DNA of 64,000 nucleotides from positions 138,391,741-138,455,740 of the forward strand of contig CM041465.1 in assembly GCA_023213395.1 (NCBI GenBank), in the 5' to 3' direction. Shown piece after piece: positions 1 through 12,477 of the stretch (position 1 is its first letter; every line of letters begins with the position of its first letter). The DNA comes from Cycas panzhihuaensis. Lineage: Eukaryota > Plantae > Cycadophyta. The position numbers were made by a program, and so were the translations under genes. The notes below the pieces were generated by a model that saw nothing but the letters and a program-made list of their open reading frames with translations, ran no database searches and was not told the DNA's origin.

Positions 1-140
1 TAGTAGCTTTAAATTAATTCGAGGCCACCTAATATTGAGAATTTATTTTTTGAAAATGTGGGAATGGGGTGCTATTATAGGTAAATAGACCTCTATTTCT
101 CACTTGTTCCTCAATAAAACACCAGACAAAGCATGTAATG

Positions 141-550
141 GCTTTGATACCATGAAATAATTATTTTAGGATCTAAATACTATGTGCATCCATTAAAATA
201 TAATGTGAACTATTGAAATAATAAGAAAATCAAGCTAAAATGAGTATAATAGATACATATAAATAGTCACAGATGAATTTGTCATCACGTGATAATCTAA
301 TCCGGTAGAGCTTCTGCATTACAAAAGAATCAATGTATAAATGAAGTGAGTGGTGCTTAATTTATAAGCATACTAGTAAAGTTTACAACATAATTGGCTG
401 ACATATCAACACAAGCGACAAACCTAATACATTCACAAATTATAGTTGAATTGCAAATAAGGGTCACTTATAGTATACAACTATACACATACATATATAA
501 ATTAAATGGTAATGAAGCTAACATTATAAGTTTTAATATTGACTGTGACC
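141..550 (-). mobile_element. tRNA-iMet primer-binding site and adjacent 5' LTR of a minus-strand LTR retrotransposon running off the left edge
   Basis: 141-152 reverse-complements to TGGTATCAAAGC (canonical TGGTATCAGAGC) and is immediately followed by TG at 153. The far end of the LTR is only estimated. Confidence 0.45.
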
Positions 551-579
551 ATTATGATCAATCTTTTTTTATTAATGGC

Positions 580-1629
580 TTGGGTTTTCTTCACCTTCAT
601 CCTTATAAATAAAAATCTATTGGTAAGAATAGAAAACCATAAACTCAACCTTATTATTATGACCCTTACAAGGTACTCCAACAGATCAAAGATATTGCTT
701 ATGCCTTGGAGCTTCCTCCCAACACTAGAAACCATAATGTCCTCCATGTTTCATATCTAAAAAAATATTTAGGTAAAAAGATGGTTCTCCAAACTATCCT
801 CATGATACTCGATGAAGAATAGCTCCTCACAGTCCCACTAGATCATGTTCTAAATTATCGACAATGTTGCCTCTGGAACTAGACTATTTCTAAGTATTTT
901 GTGCAAAGGGTTGACTGCAAACCTAAAAAGGTAATATGGGAATTAGAAGAGTTTATAAAGCACCATCTATACTATCTCAACTTTAAGGACTCAACATCTT
1001 AAGGAGAGGGACCCATTACATAACCCTCTACCATTAGCAAAACCAAACCACTAGTATGTGGTTGAATATCTAAAGATTAATGCTAGTTTTTAATTTGTGT
1101 GTGCAAGTCATTATGTGCATTAATAGAATTAGAGGTCATTTTCTCCTCTAATAAGAATTCAGTAAAAGAGGCCTTAGTTTCCTATTTAAGGCATAATATA
1201 AATGTAAAGGGTATTAAATCTTATATCTCGCATGAGGACATACCACTATACAAACTTTTGGTGTCTTATTGTGGTATATTTTCTATAACCTTTGGTGTTT
1301 ATTAATCAATAAAGAGAGATCATTTACTACCCTATTATGTCCTTTGAGCTCTTGTGTGAGGAATTGGAGAGATCATTGGGATAAGTTTGTCCCATCCTTT
1401 GTGTAGATTCCCTCTTGGTTATCCACTACTTAACTAATGTTTATCAAAACCTTAGCCTTTAGCTTTCTATATTTACCAATTCAGTGAGGTCCCCCTTAGT
1501 TCAAGTTGCTCATGTCCAAATTAGCCACATCTCTAGATCCTGAAATGTTGAGGTTAACAATCTTGTTTATTATATCCTAACCCAATACCTTTAGGTGGTG
1601 TTCATTAATAACTATTAGCATCTTATAAC
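580..1629 (+). mobile_element. Degenerate chromovirus (Ty3/gypsy) 3' end: integrase C-terminus, chromodomain, PPT and probable LTR
   Basis: Frameshifted translation gives LHLHPYK...YYYDPYKVLQQIKDIAYALELPPNTRNHNVLHVSYLKK, then KYFVQ...VIWE (chromodomain-like). Purine tract AAGGAGAGGG at ~1001-1010. Putative LTR ends in ACA at 1629. Confidence 0.7.
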
Positions 1630-3539
1630 ACTTTGATCACTAAGCTTCAGTTGCCAAGGAGGTACATATTTCCTTAAATCTAGGCCTTCTTGGTCCTCAG
1701 GTATCGTTTCCTCCTTACTTTTATTCTATTTAATATGTTTTTTTGGTATGAACATGTCATGTGATATGAACACCTATTTTAGGGCACCAATGATTAGAAT
1801 CTATTATGCAAAATCCAAAGGTTTGTCCACTTTGTACTATTAGCCACCCCTCATTTTTTATGATTTCTTTTTTTTTTTGTGACTTTGTCATGGCTTTATC
1901 TACTTGTTTCTGCCTATGAATTATTGTTTGTGTAGTTTGTCAATGTTTATTCTATCACCCCGTCATTTTAACACTGACCACATTATAATTTTTTATAGGA
2001 TTCCACCAAATTAACATTGACTCTGCCAAAATTATGATGATATGCAACATTCTACCACAAATTATAGCTTATGCAATTTTGATGATATGTTACCTAATTT
2101 TGGTAGTATCATTTGTTACACTTCCAAAATAGAAAAAAATTTGATTTTTACATTATTTTCTATTTTGTTTTGGCTTTTTTACTAAACCAAATACAACAAA
2201 GGGATATTATGGGCATAATACAAGTGGTTTCTTGTAAAAATTTAGCATGAAACTTTTGGATCTTTTGTTACTCCTTTAGTTATCCTCTTGCTTTGATCTC
2301 TTTCTTATAAGGTTGTATTATTGTATGTATTTGTTTTACAGATATTGGATACTTATTATGATGCTTGTGGATAGGTTGTGATGATTCTCTCTTGTTTGTG
2401 AAGCAAGACAACTAGTTGGAAGTGCATTTGATCAAAGTCCTCTAGTGCCCAATTACTTGGATATTTTTCTTTTTCATTTTGGCTTATTAAAATCATATTT
2501 TTCAACATTCTTATTCTCTAGTTTTTAGTAGAAATTAGTTGCTCTAAGTTATTATTATCAACCTCCTTCATTTGATTTTGAAGGTAAATTAGTGTGGGTT
2601 TTATTTCCTTCTTGTTTAAGAAACAAGATTTGTCATTAATTTGCTTCCTCCACATTGCTTATTTAAGTGAAAATTATTGTAACTAATCTTGCATATATTT
2701 TACTTGTAGTTTTCTTCATTATTTGAGTTCATTTATTTCATTAGCTTAGAGTTTGTTGATTGTTGCTTGTTGGCATTTATGAAAGGGACTTTCCCTTGAT
2801 TATGGTATTGTTGAGACCATTTTCCCTGTACTTACTCTCAACTAACTTGATCGCTTACCCTTTACCTCACCTCCCCCCTCTTGAATAATAGCACTATAAG
2901 TAGATTATTTAGCCTTCCAAGCATGATTCTTATATGTATGCAACTATCATATATATGTATAATTAGCATGTGAAATTTTTCTTCATATTTTAAATTTCTT
3001 TTAGGGTTTACATTTTATATTTGATGCTTTAAAGTTTTTGAGTCATGTTCTCTTTTTGATATTTACATTATGGTTTTTTATAATAAAGAGTATTCATCTA
3101 ATATCCTATTTATATAACCTTGTCTTGGGTTGTTGTTATGTTTATAGTTTTTCTTGCTTTTTTAAAGCACGTTTTTCTTAGAGTTGAAATAAATTACCCA
3201 TAAAAGCAAAAAGTAGAAAAGTTAAAAATCACTGAATTAAAAATTTAGTAAAGCTAAAAAGTATAAAACACAAAGACTAGAAAGGGTCCTAAAAGGCAAT
3301 CCCCTTCTTTATTTACCCTTTACTCTTATACTTCCATTTTGAATTATTTACTAAATCTTGTTGTTTCCTTTATCATTTAAGTACATAAATGTGTTTGTAA
3401 AAAGAAAATTTAAGTGCACTTAAAGCTTAAATCCTCTAATTACTTATTTCTTTTGTGGAGTTGCTTGTTTGATCTTGATTACTTCCTTTATGCAACTTAC
3501 CTAACATGTTTAGTTAAGGGTAGATTTGTATTTGAATGA

Positions 3540-4720
3540 TGTTGTGGCATGTTGTCAACCACTCTATAGTGGAAATAACATACACAAAGACTATTGTACC
3601 TATATACGTAGAATTAGTTATCGAAAGAGAGTTGACCCACTATTGGTATATTATACGAGAGGGGTTGAGCAGATATAAAAAGATAGAGTCTTTCTCTCTA
3701 GCTAGAATAATAAATAAACCTGTAAAGATTTATCAAGGTTTTAAGTAAAGCCCTTAACTAGGATTTTCTATTATTGGCTAAACACATAGAGTGATAAGTC
3801 AGTGTGTGAAATGAGGTGTGATTAAGCACTAATATCTAAGCCTCAGATACAACCAGCTCAGCTCAACATACTAAAGAGGGTAAGAAAAGTAGTAGAGATC
3901 TTATAGGTTTTCTTCTTCCAATTCCTCCCCACTTCTTTATTCCCTTTCTCTATTTATCTTATCCTTTATAACTTTACTTGAGTCACAACTATTATTCACA
4001 TAAGCCTCATTACCGCCTACCCTTGTTCTATCACATCATTCTTCGAGTCTAATATTGAATCAACTATGCATTGAATCATACCTTGAATTAGTTGTTTGTA
4101 CCTATAATTACATATTATTTGATACCTTCCCCTCTTTACATCCCCTCTTCTCACAAGAAGGCCAGTTCGCCTAAGGCCTCCCTAATCTCATACAAATACC
4201 ATATGTCTATTATAGTAGTGAATATCACTAGCAAGGAGAAATTACTTAATTCTTTATTGAAAATTTATTTTGTAAGTGGATTGAAACCTAAACTACAAAA
4301 TATATTAAAACGATAGCCTAACAAATTATTTGAAAAAGGAAAAGTATTAGCCATCATATTTAAGAAAGAGTTAGACATAAAATATTTGGGTATACAAGAT
4401 AATATACTAAAGATGTTACATAAAAAAATCAAAGAGTTAAGGATGGAAGAAACATACATAGTAATGATGAAAGAAGATTCACCAAGGTAAAAGCTAAAAG
4501 AGGAAATTTTAAGGTTGAAACTACAAGCCAAGAAAAAACTAGCCTATGGAGAATAAACCAATCAATAATAGAAGAACTAGGACAAGCATAGAGCTAGAAT
4601 GGTGTTATATTTGTAAGGAGAAGACACATAACATAAAGGAGTGATGTTTATACCTTAAAAACAAGATTGCAAAAGAGTCAAAATCGTCACATTTGTGACA
4701 CAACTATGTATACTACAAAG
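3540..4720 (+). mobile_element. Probable LTR followed by a gypsy gag remnant
   Basis: TGTTG...CTCACA segment (3540-4154) with a TATA-like GATATAAAAAG. Downstream LLKIYFVSGLKPKLQNIL and CYICK..H (zinc-knuckle-like) fragments. Confidence 0.4.
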
Positions 4721-5086
4721 GGATACTTCTACAATCCTAAATATGTGAAGAGAGAGAAAAAATGGTGTTTAACACTAGAGAAAGGAATCCTTAAGGTAGA
4801 GGTCAAGGGAGAGGTAGTGATTTCCAACCTATGTACAAGATAAAATCTACTATAAAGAAAATAATAAGGTTAAAGAAGAAAAGTCCAATAGGAAGATGCT
4901 CATTATGTTTGGACTTTGGACATTAAAAGTTAGAATGTCCCTATAAAATGTCTAAAGATAATAATACACATATATCTAAAATCAACCACTTAAACTAAAA
5001 TCAGACCATCTAAATCTTTGAGACTATTTCATTAAATCTTATGAATATTCTTTGAGACTATTTCATTAAATTTTAGAGCTTATTAT

Positions 5087-5442
5087 TGTAGGATGCACAC
5101 ACTCAATAATCAAAAACTGAAAATAATCAACATAAACCAATGTATAGATCTATTGATATATTTCATTGAATAGCAAATATGTACATATATAATAATGTAA
5201 AACCATTACGAGAGAGCCTTTTAGGAATATGAAGAGTTGATCATGCAAGGTGACACATGGCACCTTGTATCAATAACATTACAATGAGGTGAGAGCAAAA
5301 GAGACCCGACACATATAGACTCACAACCTCAAGTTATTACTAACCCTAACTATGATACTAACACCCTTATAATACACTAACATAGTAACATCACTTTAAA
5401 CATTAAACATATGACCTTTAAATTAAACACTATATTCCAATG
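5087..5442 (-). repeat. 3' LTR of the outer non-autonomous element
   Basis: Colinear with 31872-32237 (TGTAGGATGCAC...TATATTCCAA). Confidence 0.9.
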
Positions 5443-6169
5443 TCTCCCTATAATATTTAATTTATTACAATAAAAAATTATACCAAATACAACTTTTGTT
5501 CTCTTAACACTTCAACATCAAACTGCTTCATTAAAAGATATTACTAATATCTATATAAAGATATAACCATCCACTAGATCACATGGGTAAATATCCTATG
5601 TGTCCATTGGCCATCTAGGTAATGTCTTCACATACACAGTTTATCAACACTAAACAGATCTTCATCTGAGTTACATTTCAACCCCTGTAATAGTCTAATT
5701 CATGGACACATATCTCAGGAGTAGGCCGAACTACCTAACCAAATAAATATTGGAAATCCTGATATCCAAGAATAAGAAGTATTACTTGGTTAGCAATGTC
5801 TAGTAACTTCTGTCAATTTTGCCTTTTATCATGTAAGATTCTCAACATCAATATTTGACAAGCATCATCATCAACGACTTTTTGGCTAAAACAAATCATA
5901 ATTTTATCAAAAACTCCTTTGACTAGAACATATCAATGATTTTGAGCTATAAAGATCACATATAACAACAATCAATTGTTTACTACATAAGTTTACATTC
6001 ACAACTATAAAACATGGAGGTTTAAATCCTTTAGTTTTTAGTCAAGTGTTAATAAATAGGGTTATATTTTGTGAATCGCCCCCCCTTTTCTTATCATAAT
6101 TGGGTGTAAAAAAATGACATTCATGTGAAATATTACCTACATTTAAGCTAAGAGTCTTTTAATCATATT

Positions 6170-6520
6170 TTTTGGTCATACTTCAGTTGCAAATTTATGA
6201 ATTAATTACACTTGAGGTTATAATTGAGTTATATGTGATGTTACAATTACAACCTAGTCACACTTGAGATTACAATTGTGACTTGGTCATACTTATGGTT
6301 ATAATAGTGACCCGGTTGTAGTTGAAGTTGCGATTGTAACCTAGCCACACTTGTGATTGCAATTACAACCTAATCATACTTCCAGCTACAATAATGGATT
6401 GGTTGTATTTTTTACTAGGATTATGATTTGATCATACCTTGAACTATAAATATAACCTGGTTATATCTCTGATTACAATCATGCCCTGATTATGCTTGCC
6501 ACTACACTTGCAACTTCATT
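6170..6520. repeat. Degenerate ~29-bp tandem repeat (~12 units)
   Basis: Consecutive 29-mers such as ACAATTACAACCTAGTCACACTTGAGATT, ACAATTGTGACTTGGTCATACTTATGGTT and GCGATTGTAACCTAGCCACACTTGTGATT. Confidence 0.75.
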
Positions 6521-6802
6521 GCATCTACCAATCTTAGAAAGTATAGTGCCACTAAGATAATTTTTCCTCAAACTTCAACAAACTACTTAAAAAACAAATG
6601 TTCTTGACATTCTTCTGATCGAGATGCATCTTAGCCACCAATTAAAGTGAAAACAAGGGTGTAGGAACCAATTATAAATGAGTTAATCCTAAACTTTATA
6701 TATTTTAAAATCATTGTAGTCTTCACAATTGTAGTTTATCCAAACATTTTACAAGTATCTTTTGTACTATTATCACCACAAAGTCATCTGATTGAAACCT
6801 AT

Positions 6803-7245
6803 GTGTTCTAGAGATGCCAAATTAGCACATGCCAGGATAATACAAGAAAAGGTGAACTTATTAAGTATAATACTAATTCATTGCATCTAATAAAAAAATG
6901 CCAATACATCCTCAAGTGAAGGAAGTGGCATTCATGATAACTTCCACACGAACAACGCAAAAAAAAAAAAGCGTCGTTACAAATGGAAGTAAGGAGGTCA
7001 AATTACTTATGCCTCCAAACTCAATATCTATATATCACGTCTAACATAAGCTAAGATAATTGCAGTACATAAAATTATATTTCACTCTTAGGATTTTAAT
7101 GAAGATACACATATCTTTGTCCCTATAAATCTATCAAACATGTCTATTGTAATGGTAGCAACAACTGCAACACCTCTATTGGCTAGTTTAACTATCTAAT
7201 TTCTAAATTTTAGAATTCATGCCTATGGATTTGGCCTCGAAGACT
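6803..7245 (-). pseudogene. Captured PLS-class pentatricopeptide-repeat (PPR) gene fragment
   Basis: 6913-6803 translates EDVLAFFY*MQ*ISIILNKFTFSCIILACANLASLEH. Upstream are VVATITIDMF...NIILCTAIILAYVRR and GQIH, all typical PLS-PPR motif pieces. Stops are at CAG/CGA-type sites. Confidence 0.8.
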
Positions 7246-7748
7246 ATCAAGTATTAGGTTGCTCTATAGTGAAGATTTGGTTGAGTTGTCTTTATTCTTA
7301 GGTATTGTTGGAAATGATTGATGATTGTTTCTTCTTCTCTAGTCAATAGGGATTCATTATAAGAAGATAAAAGATTAAAAAATGAAAAAAGTTTAGTTGA
7401 AGTAAAAGAAGTGATGGCATATATTACTCCTACAAAGTTACTAAATGGGGTCAGTCACATGATAATACACCAAAAAGTAGAGAAAGTAATTATAGGTGAA
7501 GCATTAACACAATTATCTTTCATAGCAGTTATGTCATCTATCACAATTAGATTCCAAATGATTCATGATAAGATGCTTTGCATATTGAGGCTGAGGAGAG
7601 ATAAAGGTGAAGCAATAGAGATTTGCAGACATAAATGAGGGTTAAGGAGGTACAAAAAAATAGAGAAGTTTCATGAAGAGGCCAAACATCTAGAACCTAG
7701 GGGCATAATTATCAGATCAAGCATCCTTAAAAAGAAAAAACTTTAACA

Positions 7749-8413
7749 TGTTATATAAACTAGATCCCAATAACCAAAAACTGCCACCAAGATCTAAACT
7801 ATTTTGCAACTAGTTATATGAATCAAAACTAAAATTTAACATGCAACTTCTTAAACCAAAAATAATATAATAAATGAATTAGAAAGACAAGCATCACATA
7901 TACACTTGATATAATATACTAAAACCCTAGCAGTGTGCTAGGAAAACATCCACATAGGAAAGGTATTGATCTTTATTATCAAAGAATAGAGAAATATATA
8001 TAATCTGCACTTGAATGCTCATAGCAATAATAACTAGCTGCCTCTACTCAATACAATACATCTAATACATCGAACACCATCAACATAATAAAAAAACACC
8101 CTAAATCAAGTTATATGAGAGAGTCATACAATGCACAAATCTCGACCATTAAATTTAGGATATTTTGAACGAATTACCCCAATTCTCTTTACAATTTAGT
8201 ATACTTTTCAGTACTAGCTTTTTGGGTCAGGGGCTACCGCTCCTGAACACCCTCTTTATGGGGGAGGGTGGGGTTTTGGATCCCCCCGCACCCCCTGGAT
8301 AAGGGAAGCTCCTACCCTCCTTAGATTCCCCCCGTAGAAGTTTTGGGGAAAAACTGTGCTACCAACCTATCGAAATTTTAGCCTCCAAAACATTATTGTC
8401 ACATTATCTAACA
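7749..8413 (-). repeat. Copia 3' LTR
   Basis: Starts TGTTATATAAACTAGATCCC, ends ATCTAACA, and matches 29456-30115. Confidence 0.9.
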
Positions 8414-8469
8414 ATCTCCATCTTAACAACAATTTACCTAATACATTTCTTAGACTATTCATCACCTTT

Positions 8470-9434
8470 TCTACAAGCCAAGAGAAGTCAAATACCATTT
8501 AAACTTCTCCAATATTGCTTGTTTTTTTAACATGTTAGCACAATTCTATTTTGTGTTAACCTTCTCAAGTGCCACTCCACCTACTTTCACAACCTATATA
8601 ACAAAATAGTACTTAAAAGCAATATGCTTTGTCCTACTATGATAAGCTAAATTCTTTGCTAAATAAATAGTACTTTAACTGTCACAAAATATCTTTACCA
8701 TTTTCTACTTCCTTCCAAGCTCAACCAATAGACACTACAACTAGATTGCTTCTTTACAAGCATGTGCTATAATAACATATTTTACTTTTGTAGTCGATAA
8801 TATAATTATACTGTACAATTTTAACATCCAACTAACTAGACCACTTGCAAGAGTAAATAAATAACCCAAAGTAGACCTTCTCTTATCTGAATCTCCTATA
8901 AAGTCTAAATTAACATATCTATAAACCTGATTACTTGTACCTTCAAAGGTGATGCAATAGTCACTTGTGCCCCTCAAATACCAAAGTATCCATTTTAGTG
9001 TTGCCTAATGTTCCTTTCCTAGATTTTCCATAAACCTACTAACTATACCAATTGCATGTGAAATGTCAAGTCTTGTATATACCATGGTATGCATCAAAAT
9101 TCCTATTGCATTGGCATAAGGTACACAAGACATATAAGCTTTTTCTTCTTCATTACTAGGACTCACCAGTTTCACATTTGCCATACTGGGAAGCCAATGG
9201 GATACTCACCAGTTTCACATTTATCATACAAAATCTGGTTAGCACATTCTCCATATATTTCTATTGTGAAAACCATAGCTTACCATTTTTTCTATCTCTA
9301 TGTATCTCCATACCTAAGATTTATTTTGCAACTCCTAGATCCTTCATATCAAAAGTCCTAGACAATTGAGCATTTAACTTGTTAATTTCTACTATGCTCT
9401 TGCTTGCAACTAGTATGTTATTAACATATAATAT
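8470..9434 (-). pseudogene. Copia RT C-terminus and RNase H (degenerate)
   Basis: LYVNNIL (decayed YVDD), DFIGDSDKRRSTLGYLFTLASGLVSW, LSTTKVKY and FCDS*S motifs. Confidence 0.9.
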
Positions 9435-12221
9435 TGTTTCCCGGCTACTGAGAATGGATACAAATAGGTCGACCTAGGTAGGCTTAGGTATACTTCTCCC
9501 TTTTCACTTGTATTATTTCTTTGGAGAGGTTGACAGAAGTGTTGCCTCGTTGTATGACTGCTTGCTTCATTTGTATGATCACTTTGCATTTGTTCCCTGT
9601 TCATGCTGCTTGTTATATTGTGAGCCTGTGACGACCCAGCAGGACCTGCGTTTCTGCAAGGTAGGCATCCTCATGGCACTTTATGACTCTCCGCGCTATC
9701 TCCACACCGCCTCGAGTTTTTGTTAGACTGTATGACCCGTTTATGCCTCGACATTAAGCTCCTAACACCTCATTTCTTGGACCTTTTGCCTGTTGATGTT
9801 TGCTTGCCTCTGTCCACATGCATTTTGGACTGTCTCAACCACCTATACAGGAGGGCCAACCCCTCCCAGGCCTGCCACATCACCTCCCAAAGCTCCTAGA
9901 ACCCAGAATTCTGCCATTCTGGCTTTCTAGTCCCGCACTGCTGTAAACTTAGCAGTACCGCGAAGTTTACCGCAGTACTGCAAAGTTTGCCATGGTGCGA
10001 CTATTGTCAGTTGTTTTTTAGAAAATTGCTATGGAAATTCTTGCGTTTCCCGCAGAATCGCCACATGGCCTCACGTCCACCTCAGCCCTATTCATGCCCT
10101 ATTCGCCCACTTAGAGCCAGGATGGGTATAAGTATCCAAACCCTCATTATTTTGAGGTCTTCTTAAATCATTTTTTTTGCTCTCTTAAACAACAGTTCCT
10201 ACTACAACTTCTACTCTCCTTCTCTTCCTTCTATAGGTGTACTTGCAAGCCTGTGTTTCCTGCAACCTCAGGCCAGGATCCACCTACAACTACTTGCTTC
10301 CACGATGGGAAGCCTCTCTCCAGGTTTTATCAAGCAATTTTAGTGTTGATTCTTCTCCAACTCACCCAGCAAGTGTCCCTTTCGGTTGTCCATTGGAATC
10401 TCTCCTAAATACCCTTGTAGGGGTCCTCTTCTCCGCTGATAGCAGCCCCAGATCTACCGGATATCCGCCCAGCAGGTCTTCCAAACCCTTTTCTTCTAGA
10501 TTTATGGTAAGTTACCTCCATATTGGACCTACTTCTTGTCTTGTTTGCCTGTTTCCTTCAGGTTTCACCATAGCAAGATTTGTTTCTATTATATTTGGCT
10601 TGTTGCTTTCCGGCTCTACCTTTCTCTTCGCTAGTTTTCTTCGAGGGAGCAGCGAGAGAAGAGTCACAAGGTTGGGTGAAGAGAGCAAGATGGGGCAGCC
10701 GACTTTTCAGTCCTTCTCTCCAAGGGTAATCCCTTTCCACCTTCTCTTCTCTTGCTCTATGCTCTTCTTGGGATAATTAGGAGTGATTAAGCCCTAGGCC
10801 TGCGTTGGATTATCAGCATATACAGCCTCTCGCTATGCTGATTCCAGGCCTGCTCGCCTCTTATTTGGACCCCTATAGTGTCCCTCAGGTTATTGGGTAT
10901 CCCTTAATATCATTGGCAAGGGTTGTGCACTGGATTGCTGCCCATAGCAACTCTGTGTCTTGCATATTTCCCCAACGCTTCGTTACCCTTTTCTCTGCAT
11001 CTCTTGGTTGTCCTTAGTTGTCTTTACCATTACCTTGTTGTGCTTGAGAGTTATGTGGAGAACCCATTAGAGGGTTAGCCATCATGAGGCTTCCCTTACT
11101 CCATTTTTGCTTGATGTTTATCCTTGCTTGAGAGAGGGTTTTAGAGCTTATTGTACCAACTATTTTTCCTAACACTCTAACATAAGTATCACATATATAC
11201 TTGCATATACATAGTTTATCTTTTGCAGCCCCTTCTCGGAAGGGATAAGTCCATGCATGTGTAGGTTGTCGTGGTGCTCTTGTAAAGGTATAAAGCGTTC
11301 GGATCTGGGTAAGGTCTACCATTTTGTTCTTTACTTTGGCTTCTTTCCTTTTTGCTTTATTTTCATAAAGGGGAAGGTAAGGGAGCCCCCACCATTCACG
11401 TCAAGACTTGGTTACACATCCGTGGATTGACGCATGGACGTACGTTACACGTGGGTGAGGTCCCCCATCGACCACTACATCTTCCAAGTACATACATCCT
11501 TCCTCTAACTCTCGTTTTCCCTTTCTTACTTTTGTTTAGGATATATGTGTTAGTTAAATAAGTCACACATAAAAGTAAAAGGAGAAACAGTATCTTTTAT
11601 TTATGCTTGTATATTTGTACATCGTATACTCAACCCTCATAGGAAAAGAACCTATAGCAAACTCACCCTTCCCTTTTCCTTTTCTTGCAAAGCCTAGCTT
11701 ACCCTTTCGGTTCATTCCACTTTGGATTGTTTGCTTGCATATGTGACACCTATTCCCGTTTCCTTTCCTGTTTCCTTTTCGAATCGTTAGGGGAAACTTT
11801 AGTTTAGTTATCCCATTCTCTTTTCTCTCTCCTCCTCTTGGCCTTATTTGCTTGGTCAAATAACCAAGAGGAACCCGGCCACATCATAGGCTATCGCCTA
11901 CCTTATCCCTGCTCGTTTCCCTCCATCATAGGGAAATCTTTGAGGACTCCTCTCTTCCCCTTCCGACCATCCAAGGGTGGGAGGATCTTCCTCTTGAGTT
12001 TATTCGGGCTACCTTTCTTGTTTTCCCTCTTTCTCTCTTCGATAGAAGACCACCCCAAGGTAATTGGGTATCATCCGCAGGTCCCAAACTCTTGCTTCGG
12101 TGCATGGGGTGCCCTGCGTGATACTTACTTTGCTTGTAGGTTTTCACCCGCACCCTCGATATCACCATCGACCATCATCATTCCTACCAAGCTTAGTGAT
12201 TATCCCATAAATGCATATCCA
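9435..12221 (+). repeat. Tat 5' LTR
   Basis: Colinear with 23674-26460. TATA-like TATAAG at 10127. Confidence 0.95.
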
Positions 12222-12477
12222 CTGGTGACTATACTGGGGACTTGTCAGTAAGGGAGCTAGTTCCTATCTCTTTCTATTGATACTATTACCTTTTAGTGGT
12301 CTCCTCCACTTCATCTCCTTTGTTGGACAAACCCCAACACGCATGCCTTGCATCCCTTTCCTTCTTCTAAAGTGTTGGTAAGTGTTGTATGCGACGCTTT
12401 TTACGCCGCCTACGTGGTTTGTCTTCTTTCAATATCCTAGGTATTGTCTTCTTTCATCGTCGAATTATGATTCGAAA

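Noticed and set aside
5800-5960. Weak resemblance to the HSP70 substrate-binding segment (KGVFDKIMICF...DDDACQIL vs RGVPQITVCFDIDANGIL)
   Set aside because: Needs a gap and has few identities, so it is not distinguishable from chance by eye.
6170-6520. CRISPR-like array (also considered for 35780-35900 and 49916-50404)
   Set aside because: Head-to-tail repeats without unique spacers, no cas genes, and a eukaryotic context.
10237-12251. ORFs of 70-179 aa repeated in both Tat LTRs
   Set aside because: They recur only because the LTRs are duplicates. Starts and stops differ between copies and there are no recognisable domains.
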